A stretch of 64,000 nt of DNA from an uncultured Candidatus Saccharibacteria bacterium (GCA_964356795.1 CAYHIK010000002.1:26600-90599); one strand, 5' to 3'; shown: positions 18,493 to 29,027, counted from the first letter of the stretch. The notes: generated from the sequence alone by a model not told the origin. Made by a program: numbers and translations.

Positions 18493-20270
18493 ATGGACGT
18501 TGGTATTTGTATGTTTTGGAGACGATTGAGTTCGGTGGTATATTCCTGAAACTTTGCAACGAGCTCCTGAACGCGAGGGGCATTGCCCGATGCATCTGCC
18601 TGCCGGATTTCCAGCTGAATCGCCGCTCGAGCACCCCGAATGTGTTGCTCGCGCATACGATTCATCAATGAGGTGAGATGCTCTTGCACCTGCACTTCGG
18701 AGAAGTCCTGCCACAGCTGATGCGAACGAATAACGGCAATATCAATGAGGTGGCGATACTCACCGTTGTAGGCAGTATCGAGCATTGATGGGTCGGCCAC
18801 GACGGCGGCGACACGCGGATCGAGCAATTCTTTCACATCGTGAAGTTGCGAGGCGAGCGCGGGTTGTCGCACGAGTACCGCAAGGAGTTCTTGGCCTGTT
18901 AAATCTAGCGGCCGCACGGGAGTCTCAGGGCTTACCACCTGCTCGGGTGCATGCTCGGCTTGAGCTAGGTCATCTTTTACTGCGGCAACATCGGCGGCGA
19001 CCGCGGATTGATCGGCGCGCAATAGTGAGGCAAGCTGGCCAATCCAATGCCCCTGCTCAACACGGCTATTGAGACGCCGAATGAGGGGTGCGAGCGATGT
19101 GATAATCGCCTTCTTGCTTGATGCAGAGCTTGGGTCGAACAGCGCAACTGCTTCGTTGAAGTAGTACTGAAGCGCTGGCACACCTGCGGCGACAACATCA
19201 TTCCATTTCGTGCCATATTTTTTGACGAAATCTGCAGGGTCCTTGCACTCCGCATCTTGAATTGTCAGGATGTTTACCGAAAAATTCTGCGCGAGTGCCA
19301 ATCCAATACCGCGCCGTGTCGCTGCCTTCCCCGCCTGGTCGGTGTCGAAGCAGAAGTCGAGGTTCATGCTGTAGCGACTCAGGAGGCGAAGCTGATGAGG
19401 AGTAAGTGCGGTGCCCGATGTGGCGACCACATGCTGAGCCCCCGCTTGCCACGACATAATTGCATCTACATTTCCTTCAACGAGCAGACACGCGTCGCGA
19501 GAGCGCATATGCGTCTTTGCTTTGTCGAGACCAAACAAGATATGCCCCTTGTCGTAGATAGCAGTCTGCGGAGTGTTCACGTATTTTGCGAGTGGCTCAC
19601 CATCAACTGCAACCTCGGCTCCGAATACACGCCCCGTGAATCCCACGACCTGCGCGTTGGTATCTTGAATCGGAAACATAATCCGACTTCGGAAGCGATC
19701 GTAGAGTCTTCCACTCTTATCAATGGCAACGCCTGCGCCTACAATAGCCACCGAAGACAGTTGTTGCTCGGCGAGGAATCCCGTGAGTGCGCGCCAATCA
19801 TTCGGCGCCCACCCAAGACGCCACGCACGAATGGTGTCATCGGTCATACCGCGACCTCGAAGATATTCGAGTGCCTTGATACCCGCATTGCTATGCCAGA
19901 GTTGTTTCTCGAAAAATTTTGCCGAAAGTTCGGCGGCGGCAAGCAGCGCAGTGCGCTGGCTCTTCAGATGTGCGTCTTCGGGACGGCGATGCTCAAGCTC
20001 AACGCCGGCTTTGGTCGCCAACACGCGGAGCGCTTCAACGAATTCGACGCCTTCAATCTCGGAGATAAAGGAGAACATGTCGCCTCCTTTATTGCATCCG
20101 AAACAGTGCCAGGACTGACGTTCAGGAGATATGTAAAAGGACGGAGTCTTCTCGTTGTGGAACGGACAGCGCGCTTTAAAATTCGCGCCCGCTTTTTGGA
20201 CTTTCAGATACCCGGAGACGACGTCAACGATATCGAGGCGAGATTTGATTTGTTCAACGGTATCGCTCAT
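18489..20270 (-). CDS. dnaG: DNA primase
   Basis: [11 protein letters not shown]...HCFGC zinc finger, [12 protein letters not shown] and FDTDQAG TOPRIM motifs. Confidence 0.97.
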   Translation of the reverse strand: MSDTVEQIKSRLDIVDVVSGYLKVQKAGANFKARCPFHNEKTPSFYISPERQSWHCFGCNKGGDMFSFISEIEGVEFVEALRVLATKAGVELEHRRPEDAHLKSQRTALLAAAELSAKFFEKQLWHSNAGIKALEYLRGRGMTDDTIRAWRLGWAPNDWRALTGFLAEQQLSSVAIVGAGVAIDKSGRLYDRFRSRIMFPIQDTNAQVVGFTGRVFGAEVAVDGEPLAKYVNTPQTAIYDKGHILFGLDKAKTHMRSRDACLLVEGNVDAIMSWQAGAQHVVATSGTALTPHQLRLLSRYSMNLDFCFDTDQAGKAATRRGIGLALAQNFSVNILTIQDAECKDPADFVKKYGTKWNDVVAAGVPALQYYFNEAVALFDPSSASSKKAIITSLAPLIRRLNSRVEQGHWIGQLASLLRADQSAVAADVAAVKDDLAQAEHAPEQVVSPETPVRPLDLTGQELLAVLVRQPALASQLHDVKELLDPRVAAVVADPSMLDTAYNGEYRHLIDIAVIRSHQLWQDFSEVQVQEHLTSLMNRMREQHIRGARAAIQLEIRQADASGNAPRVQELVAKFQEYTTELNRLQNIQIPTSI

Positions 20271-20410
20271 ATATGGGATACCTGTGTATAAAATGCCTCG
20301 GACGCGGCCCCGGAAACACAAAGACGGCAAGAATGCATGCCGTGCCTAGGCTCCGTATCGTAGAAAAAGGATACCACAGAAATATCAACACCGCAACAAC
20401 CCTTCCTGTA

Positions 20411-20701
20411 TTACTTAGCCTCGTCCTGAATCTTTACAAATTGACCAATCTCCTCTCCGTCGAGATTAAATAAGACCTCAAAGGTTCCGTCTTCTACTCG
20501 TCGAAGACCGGTCACATGAACACTCTGTCCGGGAAAGAGCGTCGCAAGCGCCTCTTCTACTGGTTTTCGCTGTTCTGCAACTTCAAGAGCATGCATTGCA
20601 CGCTCAAGAAAAAGCTCTGTATCCATATCTGGCGAAGGCGCGACCTTCTCAATGATAGCGTCTATGCCTTCTTCTTGTGGAGTTGGTGGTTGTTCATTCA
20701 T
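20411..20701 (-). CDS. Acidic hypothetical protein
   Basis: Clean ORF with a TATACT -10-like box just upstream. Confidence 0.65.
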   Translation of the reverse strand: MNEQPPTPQEEGIDAIIEKVAPSPDMDTELFLERAMHALEVAEQRKPVEEALATLFPGQSVHVTGLRRVEDGTFEVLFNLDGEEIGQFVKIQDEAK

Positions 20702-20750
20702 GGTAGGAGTATAGTACGCTCGAAAAAAAAGAAAAGGGACAACCCGTGAG

Positions 20751-21257
20751 TTATCCCTTCATCAGATACCGCAGTAATTTCAGCGCTTGCATAATCCTTC
20801 TCAGCAAGTGCCAGCGAACGATGTGCCAGTACACAACAACTCGAATGAATCCTGCAAAGAACAATCCGCTCCACCCCGCGATGAGGAGTGGGATGAAGAA
20901 TCCCCAGAGCACAATGGGCCAGTACCACTCATCGAGCCAACTGGCGACTTCGTCGCTCGATGGATCAGGATACGTCGCGGGCCCAGTGAAGAGTCGCTCA
21001 AGCGTCAGTGCAGAAATCGTTGCCCGCACATACTGCACGCGAACATCGCGTAGACACGCACTGCGCGAGCTATACGGCAACTGCTCGAAGCGGGCATTCA
21101 AAAGACTTGCAAGGAAGAGCACGCCCGCGCACTGCCACGCAAAGGGATGAACTCCCCATGTGATGCACCACCAAACACCGTACAGCGTCACGAGGCATAT
21201 GGCGCACACTGCCAGCCAGAGACCCCGTTGAGTCCTCTGATGAACGCTCTTTGTCAT
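20751..21257 (-). CDS. Hypothetical membrane protein with a fatty-acid-desaturase-like segment
   Basis: YPDPSSDEVASWLDEWYWPIVLWGFFIPLLIAGWSGLFFAGFIRVVVYWH; no intact His boxes. Confidence 0.55.
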   Translation of the reverse strand: MTKSVHQRTQRGLWLAVCAICLVTLYGVWWCITWGVHPFAWQCAGVLFLASLLNARFEQLPYSSRSACLRDVRVQYVRATISALTLERLFTGPATYPDPSSDEVASWLDEWYWPIVLWGFFIPLLIAGWSGLFFAGFIRVVVYWHIVRWHLLRRIMQALKLLRYLMKG

Positions 21258-21309
21258 GACCCACCACCATAGGCAATGAACCGGGGTAACGGTAGCACAA
21301 AAGGCGCTC

Positions 21310-21612
21310 TCAGCGAAGCGTGTAAAACGACCCCTTTCCCCGATGCCCTTGTCGGCGGATAAGCCCGTGAGCAACCATCTGCTCGAGATACTGAAGCGAC
21401 GTGACGAGATTAATATCCATCATGCGCGCAAGCTCTTGTACATTGACCGTGCCATGGAAGCGCAAATGACGCGCAACAGCGCGTTGCGCGGGAAGATATT
21501 GGCTATCATGAATATAGGGACGCTCCGCATGGCGACGCCCCATCGAAGCAACCCATCTCGTCACGAGAGTTCCAAGAAGGACACCCATCACAAATACGAG
21601 GAGCATCTGCAT
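21310..21612 (-). CDS. Membrane-anchored winged-helix protein
   Basis: N-terminal TM, then GTVNVQELARMM...YLEQMVAHGLIRRQGHRGKGSFY. Confidence 0.7.
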   Translation of the reverse strand: MQMLLVFVMGVLLGTLVTRWVASMGRRHAERPYIHDSQYLPAQRAVARHLRFHGTVNVQELARMMDINLVTSLQYLEQMVAHGLIRRQGHRGKGSFYTLR

Positions 21613-21639
21613 GCCTTCATTATATACAGCGAGCGCGCG

Positions 21640-22602
21640 CTACGCAACGCAATTACGAATCCCCTCGCGAATCACATCTTCCATCAGGCGGCGACCGATA
21701 AACACAAGCTCTGTGGCTGGCTCAACGCCATCTGGCCACGGCCCCGCGTCTTCGAGTTCTCGAATCATGTGCACGCCCTGAAGGATGCTTCGATTCGAAA
21801 TACCTTCGAATGAAAGAATCCCCTTGTATCGTAAGATATCTCCGCCTTCCATCGCGATAAACTCCGTGAGCCATCGCACAAACTTCCCACGACTGAGCGG
21901 GCGCTCCTCGCGGATAGAAACTGCAACGATATCGCGGTCGTGCACGTGGTCATGATCTTCTTCGCCCTCGGCGAGCACATGCTCTTTGCCAATCAAATCA
22001 AAACCGCCGACGTTTAAGAGTCGATCGAGCGGAATCTGGGTGCGATGCGCGCGCACTATGGGTGCAGTTGGATTGATGCCGTGGAGCCACTCTTCGAGAT
22101 TCTTGAGTTGCGGCTCCTCTGCGATGTCCGTCTTGTTGAGGAGTATAAGATCAGCAACCGCAACCTGCTCTTTAACTTCGCGATACTGGATGAGCTGGCT
22201 CGTACCATGAAATGCATCTACAACGGTAACAACGCCATCGAGGCGATAGAATGCCTTGAGCGGTGAGTCGGCGAGGAAGAATCGACAGAGCGATGCTGGC
22301 TTCGCGAGACCCGTGGTCTCAATAATCACGTGATCGATATGCTCACCCTTCTTTGAGCGAGCTACGAGCGAGAGAAGCACCTCCATAGTGTCGTTTCTAC
22401 CGCTGCAACACACGCACCCATTGGTGAGCTCTACGATATCGCCATCGGAGCGCGCAATAAAGCGATCATCGATACCGATATCTCCAAACTCATTCACGAC
22501 CACCGCAATACGCTTGCCGTGGTCAGACGTCAAAATATGATTGAGGATTGTGGTTTTCCCTGCTCCGAGAAAGCCGGTAAGAATCGTGACCGGAATTGTC
22601 AT
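21640..22602 (-). CDS. COG0523/CobW-family metal-chaperone GTPase
   Basis: GFLGAGKTT, NEFG, GCVCC, ETTG, NKTD and a C-terminal RYKG...QGV...LVFIG domain. Confidence 0.93.
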   Translation of the reverse strand: MTIPVTILTGFLGAGKTTILNHILTSDHGKRIAVVVNEFGDIGIDDRFIARSDGDIVELTNGCVCCSGRNDTMEVLLSLVARSKKGEHIDHVIIETTGLAKPASLCRFFLADSPLKAFYRLDGVVTVVDAFHGTSQLIQYREVKEQVAVADLILLNKTDIAEEPQLKNLEEWLHGINPTAPIVRAHRTQIPLDRLLNVGGFDLIGKEHVLAEGEEDHDHVHDRDIVAVSIREERPLSRGKFVRWLTEFIAMEGGDILRYKGILSFEGISNRSILQGVHMIRELEDAGPWPDGVEPATELVFIGRRLMEDVIREGIRNCVA

Positions 22603-22619
22603 ACCCCTAGGATAGCAGA

Positions 22620-23855
22620 TTATCGGCGACCACCGAATCGCGGACGACGCGGATAGCTGCGACGGCGACCACCCATGAATCCGCGCTGTGCGGCTGGGAT
22701 AGAAGGAAGCTCAACGGAAAGCTTTGCGTGCTTCGTGATGGTGAGTGGCTTGCGAATCAATCGTTCGATGTCGCGAATATCCGTGCGTTGATCAGGCATC
22801 GCAAATGAAATCGCGCGCCCTGCACGGCCTGCACGACCCGTGCGACCGATGCGGTGCACGTAATCTCCGGAGTTGTCGGGCAAGTCGAAGTTGATGACGA
22901 GCTCAATGCCCGTGACATCAATTCCGCGAGCGGCGATATCAGTGGCAACCAAGACACGATAGACACCCTTCTTGAACCCTTCGAGTGCGCGAATGCGCTG
23001 AACGAGACTCTTGTTTGAGTGAATTTCTGCAACCTTATGACCCTCATCGATGAGGTGCTTCGTCAACTTCGTGGCGCCATGCTTCGTGCGAGAGAATACC
23101 AAAATCGGACCATTGTATTGGCGAAGAATATCGAGTAAGAGCGCAAACTTATCTTCCTTGCGTACGATATAGAGCTCTTGCTCAACCGTTTCTGCGGATG
23201 TTCCCTGAGGAGCAACCTCAACGCGTACAGGTGTGCGCATGTGGGTATTCGCAATCGTCACAATGTCGGATGGCATCGTTGCGGAAAACAAGAGCGTCTG
23301 GCGCACATTCGCGTCAGGAAGCATCTTCATAATGCGATTCAATTGAGGAGCAAATCCCATGTCGAGCATGCGGTCCGCCTCATCAAGTACGAGAATTCCA
23401 GTCTTATCGAGCTTCACCTGACCCTGCTCAACGAGGTCGAGCAAACGTCCAGGAGTTGCGACAATGACGTGTGGACGCTTGCGCAATTGCATCACCTGCT
23501 TACGCATACTCTCTCCACCGATGAGCACCGCGGTGCGAAGGCCCATGTTGCCACCGATACGACCGAGCGTCTCATCAACCTGCATTGCAAGCTCACGCGT
23601 TGGAAGTAGCACAAGGCCAATGCCCTGAGCTTCGCCACCATGAAGGCGCTGAAGCATTGGAATACCGAATGCGAGCGTCTTTCCGGTACCCGTCTGTGCG
23701 ATACCGATCACATCTTCGCCAGCATTCGCGACAGGCATTGCTTTTCGCTGAATAGGCGTAGGTACCACAAATTTGTACTTTGCGAGCACCTCCATGAATA
23801 AATTGTTGATACCAAGCCCCTCGAATGTTGAGGGGGTTTCTTCTGTTGACTGCAT
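22620..23855 (-). CDS. DEAD-box RNA helicase
   Basis: AQTGTGKT, PTRELA, DEAD, SAT, ARGID and HRIGRTGR motifs. Confidence 0.96.
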   Translation of the reverse strand: MQSTEETPSTFEGLGINNLFMEVLAKYKFVVPTPIQRKAMPVANAGEDVIGIAQTGTGKTLAFGIPMLQRLHGGEAQGIGLVLLPTRELAMQVDETLGRIGGNMGLRTAVLIGGESMRKQVMQLRKRPHVIVATPGRLLDLVEQGQVKLDKTGILVLDEADRMLDMGFAPQLNRIMKMLPDANVRQTLLFSATMPSDIVTIANTHMRTPVRVEVAPQGTSAETVEQELYIVRKEDKFALLLDILRQYNGPILVFSRTKHGATKLTKHLIDEGHKVAEIHSNKSLVQRIRALEGFKKGVYRVLVATDIAARGIDVTGIELVINFDLPDNSGDYVHRIGRTGRAGRAGRAISFAMPDQRTDIRDIERLIRKPLTITKHAKLSVELPSIPAAQRGFMGGRRRSYPRRPRFGGRR

Positions 23856-24029
23856 TATGTGTCATACGTGACCCGAGACTTCTCTGGTGAGTCACAATGA
23901 CGCAACGAGATTCGAGTCCTGCCTCCCATGAGGCTACCGTACTATTAAGTCACCATTATAGCAGGTTTCATGAATTTGGTCAAATCGATTGATAATCGGC
24001 CGTTTTCGTAGTATGATACGCTTCGCACT

Positions 24030-24114
24030 GGAGGCGTCGCATAGTGGTCTAGTGCGCTCGCTTGGAAAGCGAGTGTACCGAAAGGTACCAGAGGTTCGAA
24101 TCCTCTCGCCTCCG
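24030..24114 (+). tRNA. tRNA-Ser(GGA)
   Basis: GGAGGCG/CGCCTCC acceptor stem, CTCGC-TTGGAAA-GCGAG anticodon arm, long variable arm, GGTTCGAATCC. Confidence 0.96.
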
Positions 24115-24153
24115 CATCAAAAAAGAAAAGCGCCCCGCGTGGGGCGCTGAATA

Positions 24154-24492
24154 TCAGTGATGCAACACTGATAAATGATTCTGCAGGAGTACGTCCCGCA
24201 TCGTGAACGCGGTAATCTCCTTCCCCTTGAGCTCCGGGGAGATTTCGACAAACTTCTTCACAATGTCTTCGAAGGCATAGGTGAATCGATCGGACGGGTG
24301 CCATCGCATGGCGATTTGACACAACGCAATACGCGCACACTGGCGAGCCGGTTCCGATGTGGTAACTCTCGTGAAGCACCACTCCTTCATGACGGTTTCC
24401 ATCACGTCTCGGAGCGGCGCATCACGCGCAGGCTGCATATCAGTCAACACTCTGTACATCATGTCGATGAACGAGGGGCGACTCATCGGCAT
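24154..24492 (-). CDS. Hypothetical protein
   Basis: AGGAGGAG RBS; directly follows murD; convergent on the tRNA terminator. Confidence 0.65.
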   Translation of the reverse strand: MPMSRPSFIDMMYRVLTDMQPARDAPLRDVMETVMKEWCFTRVTTSEPARQCARIALCQIAMRWHPSDRFTYAFEDIVKKFVEISPELKGKEITAFTMRDVLLQNHLSVLHH

Positions 24493-24499
24493 ACTCCTC

Positions 24500-25942
24500 C
24501 TAGGTGGAACGTGCTACGAGCACATTGAACTGCTGCCCTCGGTCAAACTCGTTTGCAAACAGTTCAAAACTTTTTGCAGACGGTGAAAACAATATCACGG
24601 CGTGCACATAGGTACAAGCGCGACTTCGCGCCGCACTCACTGCAGCTTCGAGATTGTCGTATGCCCGCACCCCGCGTGCGAACACTCCGAGCGATGCGCG
24701 CATCTTTCGCGTCGCAGTTCCTGACAGAAAGACGAGATTCGTCCTCCGGATGTGCGCCCGCACCTCGCGAGCCCATTCGTGATATGCCAAATCTCTATCC
24801 GTGCCCCCGCAGATGAGTATGCAGTTTGGCCCACCCCATCGTCGAAGCGCAACGATACCGCCCTCGGGCGATGTCGCTGTAGTGTCATTGATAATCGTCA
24901 GTTGCGCATCACGATATACTGGCTCCTGCCGATACTGTACCTGCGGCAACGTCGCTATCTTTCGCTGAATCGCATCCCATGATGTGCCTGCGAGATGCGC
25001 CGCAAGCGATGCGCAGAGCAGATTTCGCACATTATGCTCTCCCCACTGCTCCAAGAATCCGGGAAGTGCTAGGGCGACTGAAGTTCCCTTCTTCGTACGG
25101 TGCACGATAGCACCATCCTCATACCACGCACCCATGACTCCCACAAGAAGTGGACTCATTGATACTTGATGCACGGCGCTCGCGGGCTCGCGACTCAAAA
25201 ACCGCTCAGTCCACTCGTTGTCCGCATTCACGATTAAATGATCTCGGGATGTTTGATGGGAAAAAATATTCGCCTTCGCTGCCGCGTACTCATCCATCGT
25301 TCGGTGGCGATTTAAGTGGTCGCGATGGAGATTTGTGATAACTGCGATGCGGGGCACCGCGGATGCGTATGGAAAAAGCTCAAGTACAAATGAAGAAAGC
25401 TCAGCAATGGCATGCGTCGCATGTGAACGCTCATCGAGTGCGGCGCAGAATGGTTTGACAACAGAATTACCCGTCAGTACCGATGAACCGATAAGGTGAT
25501 GCGTCCACGTTGCGGTCGTCGTCTTTCCACGCGTCCCCGTCACGCCAATAATTGGTTTTGACCATGCATCAAAAAAGAGCGTGCCTTCATTGTAGACAGG
25601 CACTCCCCGCTTCAGCGCGCGAGCGATCAGCGCGTGACGAATGGAGACGTCGGGATTTACCACCACAATATCCGCTCGATCCATCAACTGCTCGGCATGC
25701 CCTCCCAGCTCCCACGACAACGATGCTTTCATTTTTTCATATGAAGCTCCGTCGCGCGCAACACGCTTCATGTGCGCTTCTATCTTAGTCACCGACGGCA
25801 AAAGCTGGTCTCGATTCTTGAGATCAGTCACCGTCACCCGGGCACCGTGATCGAGAAGCCAATTCGTCGTCGCTACGCCACCACCAAGTAGTCCAAGCCC
25901 CACTACGACAACGTGTTTATTCTTGAACTGGTTCGAGGGCAT
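24500..25942 (-). CDS. murD: UDP-N-acetylmuramoyl-L-alanine--D-glutamate ligase
   Basis: VVGLGLLGGG, GVTGTRGKTTT, ELSSF, DHLNRH, NDT.AT and SP...SF...NEFDRG motifs. Confidence 0.92.
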   Translation of the reverse strand: MPSNQFKNKHVVVVGLGLLGGGVATTNWLLDHGARVTVTDLKNRDQLLPSVTKIEAHMKRVARDGASYEKMKASLSWELGGHAEQLMDRADIVVVNPDVSIRHALIARALKRGVPVYNEGTLFFDAWSKPIIGVTGTRGKTTTATWTHHLIGSSVLTGNSVVKPFCAALDERSHATHAIAELSSFVLELFPYASAVPRIAVITNLHRDHLNRHRTMDEYAAAKANIFSHQTSRDHLIVNADNEWTERFLSREPASAVHQVSMSPLLVGVMGAWYEDGAIVHRTKKGTSVALALPGFLEQWGEHNVRNLLCASLAAHLAGTSWDAIQRKIATLPQVQYRQEPVYRDAQLTIINDTTATSPEGGIVALRRWGGPNCILICGGTDRDLAYHEWAREVRAHIRRTNLVFLSGTATRKMRASLGVFARGVRAYDNLEAAVSAARSRACTYVHAVILFSPSAKSFELFANEFDRGQQFNVLVARST

Positions 25943-26828
25943 GGTCTCGTAATGCACGGATGCGGTCTTCGAGTGGCGGGTGCGTGCGGAAGAGATTCGT
26001 GAACCATGACGTAGCAGATTTGCCACGGAACGGATTTGCGAGATACAAATGCGCAGTCGCGCTCGATGCGCGTGGGAGTGGCATCTGGTCGTTTGCGATT
26101 TTCTCAAGCGCACTTGCGAGTCCTTCGGGATAACGCGTGAGCAATGCACCCTATGCATACCCGAGATACTCACGCTTGCGCGATACCGCAACCCGCACGA
26201 GGGATGCGGCGAGCGGAGCGAGAATTGCAGAAACGAGCGCGAGTATCATGAGGCCAGAACCGCTACGATTTTCGTCGCTCCCTCGCCCACCAAGCGAGCT
26301 CGTACGCAAGAATAAATCCGAAACGACTGCAACGACTCCCGCGAACACCACCACAATCGTGGAGATGAGGATGTCGCGATTACCCACGTGAGAAAGTTCG
26401 TGTGCGAGCACACCCGTGAGCTCATTGTCGTCGAGACGACTCAATGCACCTTCGGTGACAGCAACCGCCGCATGCGCAGGATCTCGCCCCGTGGCGAATG
26501 CATTAATCTGAGAACCGCGAAGCACGTACAATCTCGGAAGCGGAAGACCCGCGGTAATGCAGAGATTCTCCACGATGCGGTACAAGCGCACATTTTGCTC
26601 TCGAGTGACTGGCTTTGCACCCGTAGACGCGAGCGCGATGCGATCAGAAAACCAATACGTGAAGATATTTCCAAGCACACTCACCACCGCCACCACATAC
26701 AAGATGATGGGATTACCATACACGCGACTCACGAGCCAACCAAGGCCGATGAGGAGCACGAACATCGCGGTCATCAGAGCCCACGTCTTTCGTACATTAC
26801 TATCTTGGTGCGTGTAGAGATTTGCCAT
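25917..26828 (-). pseudogene. htpX: HtpX M48 zinc protease interrupted by an in-frame TAG at 26151-26153
   Basis: NAFATG, AHELSHV, SRKREYL, then a stop. The same frame continues GALLTRYPEGLASALEKI...THPPLEDRI. Confidence 0.85.
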
Positions 26829-26831
26829 ACA

Positions 26832-27377
26832 CTAGAACTGAACCTTCACGACCTCGCGCTCCGCTTCACTGCCGAGCTGGAAGAATTCTGCTGCAGTAAA
26901 TCCAAATGCACCTGCAAGAAGATTCGACGGGAATGTTTGAATCTTGGTGTTGAATATCATCACGTTCGAGTTGTAAAACCTGCGAGCGGCTTGGATTTTG
27001 TTTTCAGTATCGGACAACTCTGCCTGCAACGAAGTAAACGATTCAACTGCGCGCAACTGTGGGTATGCCTCCGAAAGTGCGAACAAGGACTTCAACGTGC
27101 CCGACAATTCGCCTTCTGCCTGCGCCTTTGCCGCGGGACCCTGTGCGCTCATCGCCTTCGCGCGCGCTGCAACCACCGCCTCGAGCGTACCCGCCTCATG
27201 TGCGGCATATCCCTTCACGGTCGCAATAAGATTCGGAATCAAATCATAGCGACGCTTGAGCTGTACATCGATATCAGACCACGATTCTTTGACGCGGTTG
27301 CGGGACGTCACCAGACCGTTGAAAACCGCGATAGCCCAGAGAACTACAACTCCGAGAACAATCAGTGCAATCCACAT
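26832..27377 (-). CDS. lemA: LemA family protein
   Basis: WSDIDVQLKRRYDLIPNL, EAYPQL and ENKIQAARRFYN motifs. Confidence 0.96.
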   Translation of the reverse strand: MWIALIVLGVVVLWAIAVFNGLVTSRNRVKESWSDIDVQLKRRYDLIPNLIATVKGYAAHEAGTLEAVVAARAKAMSAQGPAAKAQAEGELSGTLKSLFALSEAYPQLRAVESFTSLQAELSDTENKIQAARRFYNSNVMIFNTKIQTFPSNLLAGAFGFTAAEFFQLGSEAEREVVKVQF

Positions 27378-27492
27378 AGTACTTTGAAATCCGTACTGCC
27401 ATCAGAACGGATGTTATATTGCGGAAATAATAGCAAATGTGTGCATTTGGTCAAAGAAAAAGGACGCCCCAATCACATGAGGCGTCCGAGGA

Positions 27493-28113
27493 CTAGAACG
27501 AATATCCCAACGAGAACGAGATGACGGGAACGAACTGGAGCGTCGTCCCATCGCGAACCGTGACGAGCGAATCACTCGCACTCTCACGCCGTGCCTCCTT
27601 GATTCCAAATCGCATGAATCGCACCGAGGCACTCGGACGCGCGCTGAACGATCTCCACACCAGACGCGATGCAGATACGCCAGCGTAGGGACTAAGCGTG
27701 AGAACTCCGCCAAACGTGCCGTCCTGCACGGCATACATCCAGCGCTGATACGTGAGACGCCCACGCTCGTCCTGCGTGAACTCATACGTAGCGTACTGAC
27801 TCGTCATCAGTCCCGCATCAACTCCAACGAATACGCGACCGTTCCACGCTCCACTCAACGGACGCCGATACGCAGCGGCGGCACTCAGTATCCAACCATC
27901 CGCGCCACGGAGCCCATCCTTGCGCAACGCGACAATCGCGCTGTAACGCTTTGTGATTGAGCGTTCCCACCCAATCGAGAAACCAGACTCGAAGCCGTGT
28001 CCAACCGATGACAAGCTCGTCGCACGCACCTCGAACAGTACGAGATCTTCCGCAGAAGCGGGAAATGCACACAGTGCGCCGATGAGCACAACAGCCATCA
28101 CACTGAACTTCAT
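27493..28113 (-). CDS. Secreted beta-strand-rich protein resembling an outer-membrane beta-barrel
   Basis: Signal peptide ending ASA; amphipathic strands; C-terminus ISFSLGYSF. Confidence 0.6.
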   Translation of the reverse strand: MKFSVMAVVLIGALCAFPASAEDLVLFEVRATSLSSVGHGFESGFSIGWERSITKRYSAIVALRKDGLRGADGWILSAAAAYRRPLSGAWNGRVFVGVDAGLMTSQYATYEFTQDERGRLTYQRWMYAVQDGTFGGVLTLSPYAGVSASRLVWRSFSARPSASVRFMRFGIKEARRESASDSLVTVRDGTTLQFVPVISFSLGYSF

Positions 28114-29027
28114 GGTGAAGAGCTCCCCGTCAATTCGGTAAACAGCGGACTATACGCAATCGGTTCGGGACACGTCGGAGACAGTCCCTTCACCATTGAG
28201 AAGTTGGTACACTCTGAGAAGACGTACCAGTAAATCCGTGACGCACGGAGCAGGTCACGAAGCCGTGGATACCATGTGGCAACAAATTCGGGATGTGCCG
28301 ACCAATCAGCAGCATTGAGCCCCGTTTCCGTAATCCACACTTCAGTTGTCGCGGGCAATCGCTGGAGTTGGCGCTTCACCTTGTAGATGAATGCGCTCTC
28401 GAAGCTGTAGATGTGGATGGAGACCACCTGCAAGCGACGATTGATGTCGGGGTCATTCGCGAGCTTGAGGATGCCCTGGTCCATCATCCCATCGATGATG
28501 TCGACACTGCTTCCACCACCAACGGGTGCGTGCGGGATGAGCACGAGCTCCGGATGCTTCACCTTCGCATGCTCATAGAGCGCCATGAACACCGGCATGT
28601 ACTCTGCAACATCCATCTGAATGAAGAGCTCGACCTCGTTGCCGATCTCCCAATGCGTAATTGCCGGATTTGCCGCAACGACTGCATCGAAGTGATCGAC
28701 GACATTCGGGGAGCGAAGGTGTTCGTTCCCGAAGATGCCAAGCACGTCTTGTACGCCATGCCCCTGTGCCCATGCCACAACACTCGGAATGTGCGGGCCG
28801 TTCACATCGACACGAAGTCCGCGCACCATGCCCGCATCGAGAAGCTTCACCAGATGCGGCTGCTGAATGTTCGCCTCCCAGTTGAACGCATGCAGTCCCA
28901 GATAGGGCGACCACGCGCTGGTAGCGCCAGAATTCCTCGGGAACGTTACCGCGGAAGGCGCAGCTGGGTTCTCCCCGCATGCAACTGCAATACCGCACAA
29001 CGCAACAACCAAGATTACACGCTTCAT
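28110..29027 (-). CDS. Lipoprotein, clan GH-A-like glycoside hydrolase
   Basis: AVAC lipobox; WEIGNE (acid/base) and VWITETG (nucleophile); SIHIY. Confidence 0.75.
   Translation of the reverse strand: MKRVILVVALCGIAVACGENPAAPSAVTFPRNSGATSAWSPYLGLHAFNWEANIQQPHLVKLLDAGMVRGLRVDVNGPHIPSVVAWAQGHGVQDVLGIFGNEHLRSPNVVDHFDAVVAANPAITHWEIGNEVELFIQMDVAEYMPVFMALYEHAKVKHPELVLIPHAPVGGGSSVDIIDGMMDQGILKLANDPDINRRLQVVSIHIYSFESAFIYKVKRQLQRLPATTEVWITETGLNAADWSAHPEFVATWYPRLRDLLRASRIYWYVFSECTNFSMVKGLSPTCPEPIAYSPLFTELTGSSSP

Noticed and set aside
19257-20291. 344-aa plus-strand ORF
   Set aside because: It lies antisense to dnaG and has no recognisable motifs.
23905-23930. T-arm-like GATTCGAGTCC suggesting a tRNA
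   Set aside because: No cloverleaf can be built, and the sequence is better explained as part of the helicase leader on the other strand.
26151-26153. Stop-codon reassignment (amber readthrough or code 25)
   Set aside because: TAG terminates murJ, pyrG, groEL and recA, and TGA terminates dnaG and uvrC, at the expected positions.
26388-27524. 378-aa plus-strand ORF
   Set aside because: It is an antisense shadow of lemA and htpX.
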